DNA from: Ruditapes philippinarum
Taxonomy: Eukaryota
Assembly (NCBI RefSeq): GCF_026571515.1
Contig: NW_026852372.1
Span: 62,001 to 126,000 of the forward strand
DNA: 64,000 nt
Reading direction: 5' to 3'
The notes beneath the pieces are model-generated. The model searched no databases. It worked only from the letters and a program-made list of their open reading frames with translations, and had not been told where the DNA came from. Shown in pieces: positions 25,213 through 38,187 of this stretch (the first letter of the stretch is position 1; each line of letters begins with the position of its first letter). Position numbers and translations under genes: made by a program.

Positions 25213-28200
25213 TCACGATACTGAAAAATGAAACAAAGTTGTTACATATTATTTTGTAATAAATGATGTTGGAACATAACGATTAACAACACAATGGCCT
25301 GTAAGTCTGACAGGAAGTTGTAAACTGATAATGGCTCTGATGAAGTATTAATGTTTTCAATTCTTCAAGCTTACAATGGACTTGTCCGAATTCGAAGAAT
25401 TCAAAGTTTTGTTTAAACAACTAGTCGGACTACTACACTAAAGTTGTACAATTATTATACATTCTCAATTCGACATTCACTCTAGACTTTCCGCTTTGTA
25501 TCCCCATAATCGCAGCCGTATAAGACCAGATAAGCAAGAGAGCTGGGTAAATGATGATATAACATTTATTAACTCTTGGGCTGGATTGATTCCCCTAATT
25601 TTATTGTGGTAGAACTTGGTCAGATGGATGTGTTTTTTTACTCATATTCAGCAGTTAAGGCACCAAATCTATTTACTGGTACATTTTAATTTAGTTTCGG
25701 TCAATACTTACTGTCAAGCCGTGTTGTTGTGGTCGAGCTTATTTCTAGTACAGGGGAGAAATTCGGGTCATCAGGCTCACTGTTATCTTCATTGTAGACA
25801 GCCTCCTCTTGAGTGCACTCGTACTCTAAAACAGTATATTTTATACCTCCTAATTTCTTCAAAATTTTTACATATTACATCTATTACATCTATAAATATA
25901 TTGTTATTACTTTGAAGTTTTTTCTACAACAACAATATCCAACTGATTAAAATAAGTCTCGGAATAGCTAACAACATAGTTTTTAAATTAAATGTGCACA
26001 AATAACCAAACGCTAGTAAGTTTATGCAGCTATGCAAACAATGTTTCCTTACCAGTTACAGTTGTACACACTGTAGGGTCTATGACTGTTTTAGCATCAA
26101 GAATATTTTCTTCCATGTCCCTTACATGTACTTCAAATCCGCCATTTCTCCTTCCCCTGGTCACAATTCGTTTTACGGCTTCAGTCACGTGCAGAGATAC
26201 CCAGCGCGCGCTATCCCAGGTGACCATCTTAGCATCAATTAAACGCATGTTGCTGTGGCGCACTAGAATATAAAAGATGTACAAAAGTATTATAAAATTG
26301 TTCCAGTCAGTAATCGTACTTTTTTTTATATCATTGTAAATAACCAACTCTCAATCCATCATTAGAAAGAAAGTTTGTGACGTTTGTACCTCATACTGAT
26401 CTAGGATCATTATGTTGTTATAAATATTGTTCTCAACTAGCTCTTTTTTGCATATTAAGTACAAGCAAATCTTCCATTACAGCTTGGAGACCACCATTTT
26501 ATACGCTTTTTGTGCTGGTATCTCTGACATGCCAGCTTACTATACAGTGTTTTTCTGTACAATGTACTACACCTGACATTTTTTTACAAAATAATATTTA
26601 CTTACACCTGACATGCTATAGTACAAGTGAAACAAAACTCACATCTGACATGCGATATTTAAGGTTTTCTGAACTAGTGAAACAAAACGCACATCTGACA
26701 TGCGACAATTAAGGTTTTCTGAACAAGTTGAACATAATCTTCACCTGACATGTAATATTTTACATTTAAATATTAGTTACATCTGACATGTGATATTTCC
26801 TGTTTTCTGTTTAAGTTAAAGACATGCGATATGATAGGTGTTCTAGTAAATCTGCACTTACCCTGATATCTAGCATTGATCTTAAAAAACTACTTGACTT
26901 ATATCTGGAATGGAATTTTAATGTTTTTTTCTTTCAGTACTGATAAAGATAAACTTACATCTAGCGTGAGATCGGATAGGTTTTCTGTACTGGTAAATCT
27001 TTATATGCAGTCTAGATGTACTGTGATCACTGTCGTATGCACAGGGGCAATCTGTAAATTAAAAAAAAGATATTTATGATCATCTCTTAGTTTAAACACA
27101 ATCGTAAAACAGCGGTCTTCCCCGTATATTGTGTCGCATAATAACGGAGGAGATCAAACTGAGTTGAAACAGCGGTATGATTTTTTTACTGCGGAACCTC
27201 CACTATAAATTTACTTCCGGAGAACCAACAAACACATACAAACAAAAACATAGCAAAAACAATCGTTCGAGGAGTGTTCAAATATGAATGCATTCAGGCA
27301 CGTAAAATTCTAAATTGTTTTATTTTGTTTCCTCTAAGTATTCACCCCACACAAAGGTTCAGCATCCGGATCAAACCTTTGAAGGAATTTTCATAATCTT
27401 ATTTTTTTCTAGGTATAATAGGAAGACATTGGAATATTGCAGAACCAGTGTGTGTTCGATAAACAAATATTCGACCTGAAACGTATTTTCGTAGCTTTGA
27501 CACTGACAAAACTTATTTCGAAAGTGTTTGGGACCCTGAGTTGTAAGAGAAAATACATTGCCTTATTTATACTGATGGTCCTTTTTGCAACGCATGGTCT
27601 TTTGCCAGACTTCGTTGCCCGAATCTTCTTTTGGTGTTTCAGTTTTGGCTCATAAAAATGAACCTATGTTTCGTCATCACTTACCAGTGACGACATTTGC
27701 AAAATATCGTGCATTGTTATTTAGATACTGTTTAAGCAACATTTTTTTCTGCTTATCTGTAAGCAAATAGGGTATCCATCTAGCACAGATCTTTCTCATT
27801 TTCAAATCAAGTTGCTCTTTATGAGATGTACGCGATACTTGCTATTTTCCTAGTGATGTATCTTGCCTTGGTATGAACTATTTCTTTCATTTTAGCAACC
27901 ATCTTGACAGACGTTTCGGTTTAGACCGACGGGCATTGGGTGCATTTTCAGTGGAATTAACGCACATTTGAATTTATTAAACCAAAGAGACATTTCATTT
28001 CGTCCATATACAGCATAGATGTCATCACAATTGTATTTACAACCATTGTTAAGGAGACAACGATTTCTGATATAAGACCGTATTCAGCGGCATACTCTGA
28101 TCTTCTACCAACCAGTTTGTGTATTACAGTATACGAAAAATAAGTAAACGGATTTTAATGAATGTGTTATCAATTTAAAGCTAACATGTATATCATCCCG

Positions 28201-31200
28201 ATATTCTTAACTTCCTTGTGTTTTTCACAATATTGAACAATATAACGTTCTAGATGCATTCATATTTGAACACTCCTCGTTCATATATATACCTTGAACA
28301 TATAACATTTTTAAAGATTCTTTAACTTACCTTCTCTTCGTTTTAAATGGAGTCTGACAACAGCTGATGTTATATCTAGATTTGGATCAGGATTACTGGG
28401 TATTGCAAAAAAGTATCGAATGTTTCTTGAACTGGTGTCAAACCAAATCGATCGATTCATGTAATCTGGTAGATCGATCATTGGTAAATCACCTGAAAGT
28501 AGTTTAATTACCTCTAAATTCTGAAACTCAATTTGCGTGGTGTTGTAGGGTTAGTTAAACTGATCGTCGGGTTAGTTAAACTGATCGTCAAAAAGTTAAA
28601 ATTTGATGTTATGGTATTTGTCTTCAAAATAATCGCTATGATATTGTACATGTCTATCCTTTAAATGTCATGCTAATTAACAACTTGATAGATATCAGAC
28701 AACAGTCTAGACGTTATTTGTCCAAGTTTTAATTTCCTGTTATTTATTGGAAACATAGGCATCCAAAAGTTCAACTGTACTAATAAATTACAAACGAAAG
28801 ACCGAACGCACGCACGAACGTACGAACAAACACATACAAACACGCAAATATGATTTTTATTCTCATCACATGTATATCTTAAAGTTCAATTAAGATATTT
28901 ACATGACTGGCATATCAACAGATCAACTGCTATGAGCTGAATATGATCATCGCCTGCCATCGGTTCCAAATGATAAAAACTAAATGACCCCAAAATAGCC
29001 ATATGAAAGTATCATTTACTCACATGCCGGAAAGTAGCAGTGCTTCTGCCTGGTTACGTAAACAGGCGTTTGCATACCAAGAAGCAAGCGTCTCTTCGTT
29101 TCAGGGTCTATATCCGGTGGGCTTGTCCATCCTAGCGAGTCTAGCACGTGCTGTCGGAGGAAATACATGCGCGCAGCCCTTGACCTGAAATAACAAAAAA
29201 AATCTAATCGTTTATTCTTGAACTGTAGCACTTTTAGTACTTTGATGGTTTTTGATAAAGTTTTGTTTACCTCGATGTTGTTCGATTCCACAATTTAAGA
29301 AGTCTTAGGCTCCGAAAATAGTCCATATGCGGATGATTTAACGTAGTACAAATGAGCCGCGCCATGACAAAACCAACATAATGGGTTTGCGACCAGCATG
29401 GATCCAGACCAGTCTGCGCATCCGCGCAGTTTCATCAGGGTCCATGCTGTTCGCTTACAAACCCTATAACAAGTAGAGAAACTGATAGCGAACAGCATGG
29501 ATCATGATCAGACTGCGCGGATGCGCAGGCTGGTCTGGATCCATGCTGGTCGCAAACCCATTTTGTTGGTTTTGTCATGGCGCGGTTCAAATGCTGTTCC
29601 ATTTATGATAAATGCAAACAGTTGTTTTTTCTAGTATACATTATATCATTACAAGAGGGTCATAATGGTCTTAGATTTCTCATAAACTGAAGACTGGATC
29701 TTATATGATAACGGGTATTCCATTATCATGGATGCTTGTACTCAATGACGGGACCGGATTTGACCATAGGACTCACTCTGGTACTTTCTCACTCAGAAGC
29801 GCATAAATAGATTTATAGTTATTTATTTTTAGATCTACCCGAAATTATATATAACTTATCTTCTGATTCAATTATCAATAAACAGTATTTATGTATTCAG
29901 CAGAAATGTATATGTTTGTTTACAATCATATATCTGATGTTCACATATACATTACCTCGTGGTCGAACTCTGAGTAGTGGTACATGTCTGTACCTTATTA
30001 CTTTAATCGCTCTTTTCCCTCTGTTTATTCTTCAAAGTTCTTACACGGATTTATATTACATAATATGTATTTATATATTTGTAATATAAATCCGTGGTTC
30101 TAAATAGCAAATAACTGTGGCCAAAACGAAACTAAAATGTTGCCACAGACTAAAATGCTACTTCAACTAGATCAAAACAAACAACAAACATACATGTAGA
30201 ATAAAACATACTATACTATTGCTCAAAGTTCTGAAATTTAGATTCAATCAATCCAACTTATGAATAAAATTACGCCTTGTTGTTTGATCATGCAAAAGAG
30301 AGTTTTTGTGAATTCGGTCATTTAGTACAAATGTTACACGTGTACTTGAACTATTCGTGACTATGATAACTATAACCATGTGACGAAATTATTCTTATCA
30401 TCAGACATCTCACCAGGAGCTATTACCGCAACCGCAACCCATTTCCGCCCCCACAGTGCTCTACTTAGAAAAAATTCTATGATTTTTTTCTAACATTTTT
30501 GTTCTGTAAAAAATAAGTATCACACTTTGATATGTAAATTTCATTCTTTACGGTTAATTAAAGTCTTTTAATCGCCTCAATTGATTTAATTATTTATTTT
30601 CATATTTGTTATTAAACTGTCTTTACAGTAAAAAGTAAACATTCTGCCACTTTTTATGTAGACCTTTTTTCTTTCTAATTAGGGTAATCTACACACTCAA
30701 TAAAACTCTAGTGCCAATAGATTTTGAAAAGAGGTGATATGGCGACATAATGTAAAATAATATAACGATCAAAATATTTGTGGACTTATTTAGTAAAATA
30801 CAAAAAAAATGTTTTTATTCTTCAAAACAATCCTTTTTTTCAGTTGAAAATATCAAGCTTTCTTTCAAGCTAAATTGAAATTAGCGCAGTAGCATTAGGC
30901 GCCACTGACCTTACACATACCACACCCACTTCATGCCAGAATACAAGCAGAAAACATTGATACTTTATCGTACTATTCTAATCAAGTTAATTTTGGTCAT
31001 GCTTCATATTTAAATGTGTGGATAATTTCACAAATTATCTGTATTTCAGACAATATCTATAATTAAGGCAATATGCACGTGAATCTTTAGACTAGGCATA
31101 TACAAGTTTAAACGTAAAAAAAAAGGATAAAAGATATCAGAAGTTTGTTTACATTACCTTTTAAGCAGTAAAACCTGACGATTTTATTAAGTACTTAACG

Positions 31201-34200
31201 TTGTTGTTCTTATCTGATTTCATTCAATTTGTCATTTCATTTCAACTTAACGTAAATGTAGTAAATAATGAACCAGATTAGCGAACAAGATTTGACCATC
31301 TCTACCCGTACACCGTCTGCCCTAAGCCAATAAACGGAGAATTTATTACCAAGTGGAAAAAAGGCGTCTACGGGGCAAGTCATCTGCCATGTTTATGTCG
31401 GGTTACCTATATATAAAATTGTAATACTGTCTTCATTTACGAAGCTCGAAACCAGTATGGAGGTTAACAATATTCGGAATATTTCTCTTAAGCAAGTCTA
31501 TTTCACACACATACACACAAAATATGTTTCGAATGGCGATTCCTGGCATGTTTTGCTGGAAACATTTCGAATACATTCATGCTCCGTTTCTTTTTATTCT
31601 GAGTATATGTATAAATCAGTTTGACCCTCACCTGATGAAGCAAAATAACAGCAACGGCAAGTCATGCCCTGATATTCGTAACAGAGCCTACTGTGTGCTT
31701 TTAACACTGTTGTTATGATTACGGACTTCTCTTTGATCTTAATTGACTCAATCGACCTTGATGGGGTTACTTCAACACTGAGTACAAGCGCCAATATTGT
31801 ATAAAGATTATCAGATACTCGGATTATCTCCGCCGTAGTAAACAACTTTGGATATAAGACCGTATCAAATAACGAAGAACGCATATTGACTGGCATTGGC
31901 ATACCTGTTTAGACTAACTTACTGCCAGATAATATCAAATCAGCCAGGGGCAAGAAATTTAAGGTTAATCCGCGAAAAAGTAAGAATTGTGTGAAAAGAT
32001 GTAATCCGATAAACTGAAAACAGACGCTCGTTTTTTTCCCGCTGAAATAAGTCAGTTTCTGTAGGAGAACAATAACTAATTATCATCGAAAAACGGGGTT
32101 ATAGGTTGGATCACTTGTAAATATAGAAATATCGCAATGCTCCGAATAGAATAAATCAAGGTTTGTTTTCGTATTCTCATTTTCATTTAGCAAGGGAAAT
32201 GTTTTCTAACAATAACAACATCAGCAACAGTAGCCGGTTTCGTATCCGCCGCCACTTCCACCACAACCAACAACAAAAAAACAACAACAAGCAAAAAGGT
32301 GAGGGAAAATAACGTTTTATATGAAAAAATTATAACACGATATCAAATTTTATTGGCTCTCCTATATTAATTTGTTATTCATTATCTAATGCTGTGTGGA
32401 CCTTGCACAAGTGTAACGTATTTCTAACAGGCAGCTCGTAGCATAACCTTATATCCCCACTGGTTAATTAAACTGTATTTATAATGACCATCCCATATAA
32501 TCTGTTGATCTGAAAGACACAAAGCCTCAAATGACCTGCTTAAGGTCAATCGGCTATGACCTCAGAACTGAGGTCATAAGGAGTTAAGGGGCAGATGAAC
32601 ATTACATCTTTCGGAATTCAATTAATCATTTACCCGTACATTGGCGCCCACTTCTGTATGACCTGAAGAGCGGAAGGTCAATTTTACAATATCTAAACTT
32701 GAATAGTGGATTACCACATAGTTTAAATATCAAATATGTGACCTCACCCTGTTAGGGTCATATTATAAAAAGCCAAAATGTTTGTGGTTTTTCCTGAATG
32801 TCCACTAACAACTAAGGTCTGAGTCATCTTTATCTGCGGTTTTACCTTAAGTCAGATACTGATGTAGGTTATTTTGCAATGTTATGACAATGGATCATTC
32901 AATGCTTTATTCTGTGAGAGGTTTATCTTGAATTCAATGTTATTGTAACACAGTTTATCATTTCTGTATTATTTAAATTAAAAACAGTGAAATACGACAA
33001 CCGTAATACATGTATTTAGTTGAACTGTTTTTGTTATGTAAAGAAACCTAACCATCCCCGCACTCCCACACTAGACGCGCTATTAGTACTTTACAATGCG
33101 TCTTTAATATTAAATTGAACCAAGAAGAACTAGATACGGTATTGATTATCTCGATGTCGGAACCTCATGGGTGAAACATCAGAAGTAAAGTGATTTTTTG
33201 ATATGATCTAATTTAAATTTTTTCATCTTTTAAACATTATTTTTACCCTGAATCGCGCAACGTCACGCGGTTTTTATTATGACTTCATCAAGTTACGTTG
33301 CAACGTTTTGCTACGTTTTCTTCATGAGGTATGAAATGTTCAAGGTCTATAGATTTTTAAACTAACCATATATAATTTCACTTAATGTAAACTGTATGTG
33401 TGTATTGCCAATGTGAAATGTAATACTTGAAAGATCATAACCATAAATGCCCACGTTATGCAGTAACACCTTCATTTTAAAGAGTTTCTTTTTCTTAATA
33501 AAACATAGACAAAGACCATTTTGGTTTCAAATGGTTATTCATATAGAATTGAAATGGAAGATAAATAAGAAATCCAGTTGCCGTTTAAATCCCTTAAACG
33601 TTGAAAAGTTTGTTCCTGTTTAAATTACATAAATTCGACAGGCAATAACCGTAGTGACGTATGTTGGTGTGAAACACTTATCAATATAATATTTCTTTTT
33701 CTGGCCAAAACGTCATCTTTCGCATGATGTACTTTAAAATACTCTTCAGAGGCAACGACCGCTGCGAAAAAGAAAAATATCGGTTGTTTTTCTCAATTTT
33801 CTTTAACCTTAAGTCTGGGGTCATAGACGCATACCTGCACGGGCGCATTGTTGGTGCATATTTTACTTCAAGTTCGTCCGTGCATTGACCTTAGAAGGGT
33901 TGAAGGTTGTTGACCACAATCAACAGAAAAATAAATGAATGTAATAGTAACAGAAATTCGCATAAAAAGTAATAGTTTTAAAATTCAAATTGCGCCTTCC
34001 TTATTTTAAAACAAGTTAGTTGAGTTACTACAACATGCCTTTCCTCATTTGCACACTGTACAAAAAGGAATAAAACAAGTGTAGTAATTATTTTGGTAAA
34101 TTATATGTCAGATCAAGACACAAAGAACATCTACCCGTACATCATAATGTATTATCATTTTCCTTCTGCGTCGATTTAGAAAAATACAACTTTCTTTCTT

Positions 34201-35508
34201 TCTTTAGAAAATATCAAATATCTGATTAAGATATTTAAAAAAAAAGACATGTAATACAAATAATTTTAATAGCAATATTTTGTAATAAATCATAATTTAG
34301 TATCAGAAATGAAAATGTGTGTATATATATATATTACTGATAATACAAAATTTTCAGTCTCGCTGTATTTAATGTATGCTGTATATTTGTGTAATGACGA
34401 GGAACTGTTATGTTCAAGTCATATTGTATTATAAAATCTATTCTATTATGAAGAAAATATAAATGGGACCTTCATTAATAGAAGAAAATTTAATTAAACA
34501 AATTAAACATTAAAATAAAAAAAAAAAATCATACATTTGCAATAACATTTTGTTTAAATTGTATGAAATTAAGCGTTTTTTCATAGTTAAAAAAAATTCA
34601 CTGTAAAATCAAAATAAATAAATAAATAAATAAATAAATAAAAATAAATAAAAGTGATAAATGGAGTGTAAATAATGAAAATATTATAATATTTATAAAA
34701 AGATATATTGAATTGATTAGTGCAGTGATATTATTTCATGTTAAAGTTTCCCTTTTTATGAAAAAATTGCAACAATCGCAGTGAGATAAAACCTTTTAAA
34801 AGGAATATGAATTTTTAAGTTTCGTTTTACTCAAGATTTTCAATAAATTCTTTCGACCTGTCGAAAAGGACGTATTTTCTTGTAGTTTGATTTATTAGAT
34901 TAAATGTATTGATTTGATTTTTTTCTATAATTATACATTAATTTCTTTATAATATCCTTAAAATGTAAATATGATTATTCTAAACATTTGCTCATCGTCA
35001 ACATATAAAAAACTAACTTTTGCAAATGATTTTATTATTATAATCTACGTTTTGAATGTACTGTTCTACATTTGAAACAAATATTACTGTTAAACATAAC
35101 CATGTATTAATTAGTATAAATTATGTCTTATAGGCCCACTGGGTCGGGTACCAATATTTTGAATGTAAATATTATGTTTGTAATTATATGATGTACATGA
35201 CACTATAACTATGTTGTTTAAGAAAAGAAGAAGATGAAGAAGAAGAAGAAAAATGAATCCAAAATAAATCATAATTATGTTATAGATAATTACCTTTGAA
35301 GTCTTTCATCACGATTAGTGTCAACCTCGTCTGAATCTGAATTATCTTCCACGGACTCCGTCGGACTGTGCACTAAAGTTGTTTCTGTCGATGTAGAATT
35401 AGCGGTTGTCTGGACTGGCCTTGTCGCAGACGACAACGTTTGATTGTCTTGACAAAAAATAAACTCACAGAATAAAGCAAAAACTATGATATAGTCATAA
35501 AACTGCAT
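25213..35508 (-). CDS. Secreted TGF-beta-propeptide-like protein with no mature cystine-knot domain, 7 coding exons, 320 aa
   Basis: Exons (minus): 35508-35294, 29184-29024, 28492-28331, 27051-26959, 26262-26053, 25825-25712, 25220-25213. All are GT-AG, intron phases 2,1,1,1,1,1, 963 nt in total. Signal peptide MQFYDYIIVFALFCEFIFC, then a Ser/Thr/acidic linker. Prodomain-type motifs follow in order: RMYFLRQHVLDSLGWTSPP (alpha1/latency lasso-like), RYFFAI, ITSAVVRLHL, IKIYQY, RLIDAKMV, WVSLHVTEAVK, NGGFEVHV, PVLEIS. The protein ends TTTTRLDIS*. The last exon is the least certain. Confidence 0.82.
26505..26830. repeat. Degenerate ~40-50-bp tandem repeat with a CA(C/T)CTGACATG core
   Basis: The core recurs at ~26521, 26571, 26606, 26641, 26691, 26742 and 26779. 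Confidence 0.6.
27268..28279 (-). mobile_element. Decayed, internally deleted mariner-type (Tc1/mariner) DNA transposon in intron 3 of the TGF-beta-prodomain-like gene
   Basis: Perfect 26-bp TIRs CGAGGAGTGTTCAAATATGAATGCAT at 27268-27293 and 28254-28279. The minus strand encodes LKMRKICARWIPYLLTDKQK (WVPHEL-type linker) near 27745-27805 and FANVVTG (first catalytic Asp region) near 27680-27705, broken by stops and frameshifts. Confidence 0.9.
29354..29588. mobile_element. Palindromic MITE family A, copy 4 (full length)
   Basis: Long inverted arms, AAAT on both flanks. GAG...CTC termini with a 4-bp TSD are compatible with a Sola-type parent (inference). Confidence 0.9.
31288..31490 (+). repeat. 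Uninterrupted copy of the repeat that is split at 13311
   Basis: Shared blocks gatttgac..tctaccc..acaccg..ccctaagccaat..gccat|tgtcgggtt.cctatatata..cgaag.tcgaaacca. Confidence 0.7.
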
Positions 35509-37672
35509 TTTGTTTTGTCGTCTGTAAACTTAACTTCACGTCTGCTGAAGTGAATAATTATGTTGATCGTAGTAAAAGTTATCTAAAAAAAATATGGAAT
35601 GTACAACTAAAATCACCGAGATCTATCGTATTGACAGCTTTTAAATTGTAATAGCTTTCACGTAATTTTTTTTTCATCAAAAGTTAATATTCTCAAATGT
35701 GTCTATAAGTATGCCGTATATATTCTACGTATAGACATTACAGTCACTAACACTATTTAACATCTGAAGAATGAAGCGAATTAGAAGTTACTAGTTCCTG
35801 CGTCAATTGCCGTCTGACTCGCTTTGGATGATGAAACCGTATTTATGAGGTGCGTAAAATGGAAATTTACTCGTCTCGCAGGTGGTCAGAAAAAACTTAG
35901 ACAATACCTCAGAAAAGGCGGGGAAATATCGTCTGCTCATATTACCAGTTAGTAGGTATAAGTTGTTTATTGGTTAGCAGGCTGCAAAACTTAATGAAAT
36001 ATCTACAGTTATTTACTTTTTATAATTTGTCGGGTTTTTGAAAAGTTTTACGGATGCATTTCATAAGTATGTATAGACCTATTTTTGATAAATTACTCAT
36101 CATTAAAAAAAATAGAATAAGAGTAATGTAGTGACAGTCCACATTACAGGTCGTTGAGCGACCATGGTGTTGAATATTGAAAGGTAATTTGACTTGTAAA
36201 TGTTTTTTTCTTTATTCTTTCACATACATGCATATGTTTAAGACATATAATTTGTTGATTTCTGTCGGGCAGCGTCATGGAGCCTATAACATTTTTAAAG
36301 ACGCCGCAGTATTTATGTTGAAATATTTTGAGTTATGCTAAACGTTCTATTTATTGACGATACTTGATATTCTTCTGCAGTAAAGTATAGATCGACTTCA
36401 GTTTATAGCGAACTCGAAGAGCTTGCCCAAAGGGCCTGCTCGCAAAGCGAGCTTTACGGTAACGCGAGTACCTGCTAGAAAGTGATGGTTCCGAAGTAAA
36501 CACATCGAAACTGTTCGAATTACAAGATTAAAAAAACCCGAGGTATTCTGATTGAAAACGGAAGCGTAAACTGGTGTCCTGGTCACTTATGGGAATCATA
36601 ATTGGACAGGGAACCAAAATGAACGGAAGCAGTGTAAAAAATACTGTATGACAATTTGAAAACGGAAAATGTAAAATAAAAATGAACGATTATTTTATAC
36701 TATTTCACAGTAAAAGTAAATCGAGCTCGCTTTGAGGCTTTGCCTTTTTCATATTATATTGTTGACAATTTCAAGTTTATGAAATTAAAATTGTGCCCGA
36801 TAACTGTGAGCTATTTTACTTTTATCACGCGCTATTTGGCATTTTATTTTCAAGCGCCAACAACTTTGCATCTTTATTTTTTTTATATCCACGTGTCATT
36901 AAGTATTTTTATTTTCATCCGCCACCTTGTTGATCAATAAAATCTCATAAAATAGACACAATAAATTTATGGTTATATTTGAGGCATACGTATACTTAAA
37001 CATTTTCCCAAAACAGGAGAAAAACCTGTGGAAAAGGAGCGTCATTGCTAATATTAAAACGTGTACGTGACATTTGGTGTTTTAACCGGAATTGTTTGAA
37101 TGACCCCCGCCCTAAAAAAAACCCAACTAATTATAACATTGTATGCGACATGCTTGTCATACGTCATGAATCTCTTTTATTAGTTTCATTTAGAGTTTCT
37201 GTTTCAAATTTAGATTTGATAGACTCTTTTTATTACCTTTATCAACGGAGAACATCGTTTGATAAATCACAAAAAGCATCTACTACACATATCATAAGAT
37301 TGATACAGATCCGGCGGCATTAGGATGTTCATTATACAAATTACTAGTATACCATCCGCACAAATCCGAAAAGGGATAATTTCTTTATTTAAGGCAAAAC
37401 TCATAGTAAAAAATTCATATAATTATAGCATATGTAAAATACATTGTGAACTTATTGATCTTATAGTGAACTTATTTTTACGTTACATGCCACTATTCTT
37501 CTTTTTACAATATAAAACGGATTTGTCTGAATTCATATTACCTTCCTCCATCTTGAATGTATCACGAAAAATCTGCACCGTTTCACGTACCCGACAGTGT
37601 AGGGGTAAGCCAAAGGCGTGATTTCTTTTCTTAGGGGAATATGAAAATACTTTGGCCAGATATGTGTTATAA

Positions 37673-37952
37673 AGGTGGTGGTGGTGTTGGTAGTTTTCAC
37701 TCCGGATCATGAAAGTAAGCCACATTGATTTCACCAGAGCACAGTCCAACCAACGCATCGTTCCTTGACAGGCTGTCAAGCAGTTTACCAGTACTAGTTC
37801 CCGTCACTTTCGCAAGGAATGGAAAGCGCTGTACATGCCAGAGCAGAGGTACAGTGCGAATGACCGTAGAAAGAATTTCATGATCAATTACAACGATTTG
37901 GGAATCGAACGCGGATCGCCCGATTCACAGTCAAACGCTCTACTTGACTGCT
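37673..37952 (-). mobile_element. tRNA-derived SINE, family 2, inverted copy
   Basis: The reverse complement matches 46374-46692, including the gtgaaaactaccaacaccaccacc tail and catgaaat..tttctacggtcattcgcactgtac. Confidence 0.78.
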
Positions 37953-38187
37953 TATGTATTATGAAAATTTATATTAATGCTGTCCGATTGAGACAAAGGT
38001 TATCCGGTACTGCAAAATCGATGTATCTTGTAAACATTTATGCCAGGTGATAATTGATTAAACATGGTAGATTTAATAAAAGCAAGATGTTTGTCTTTAC
38101 ATTAAAATTTTGTAATGTTCTAATATAGAGTCCTTTTTGAAACGTTGAACTACAGATATCCGTCATACAATAAACGACTTTATCACA

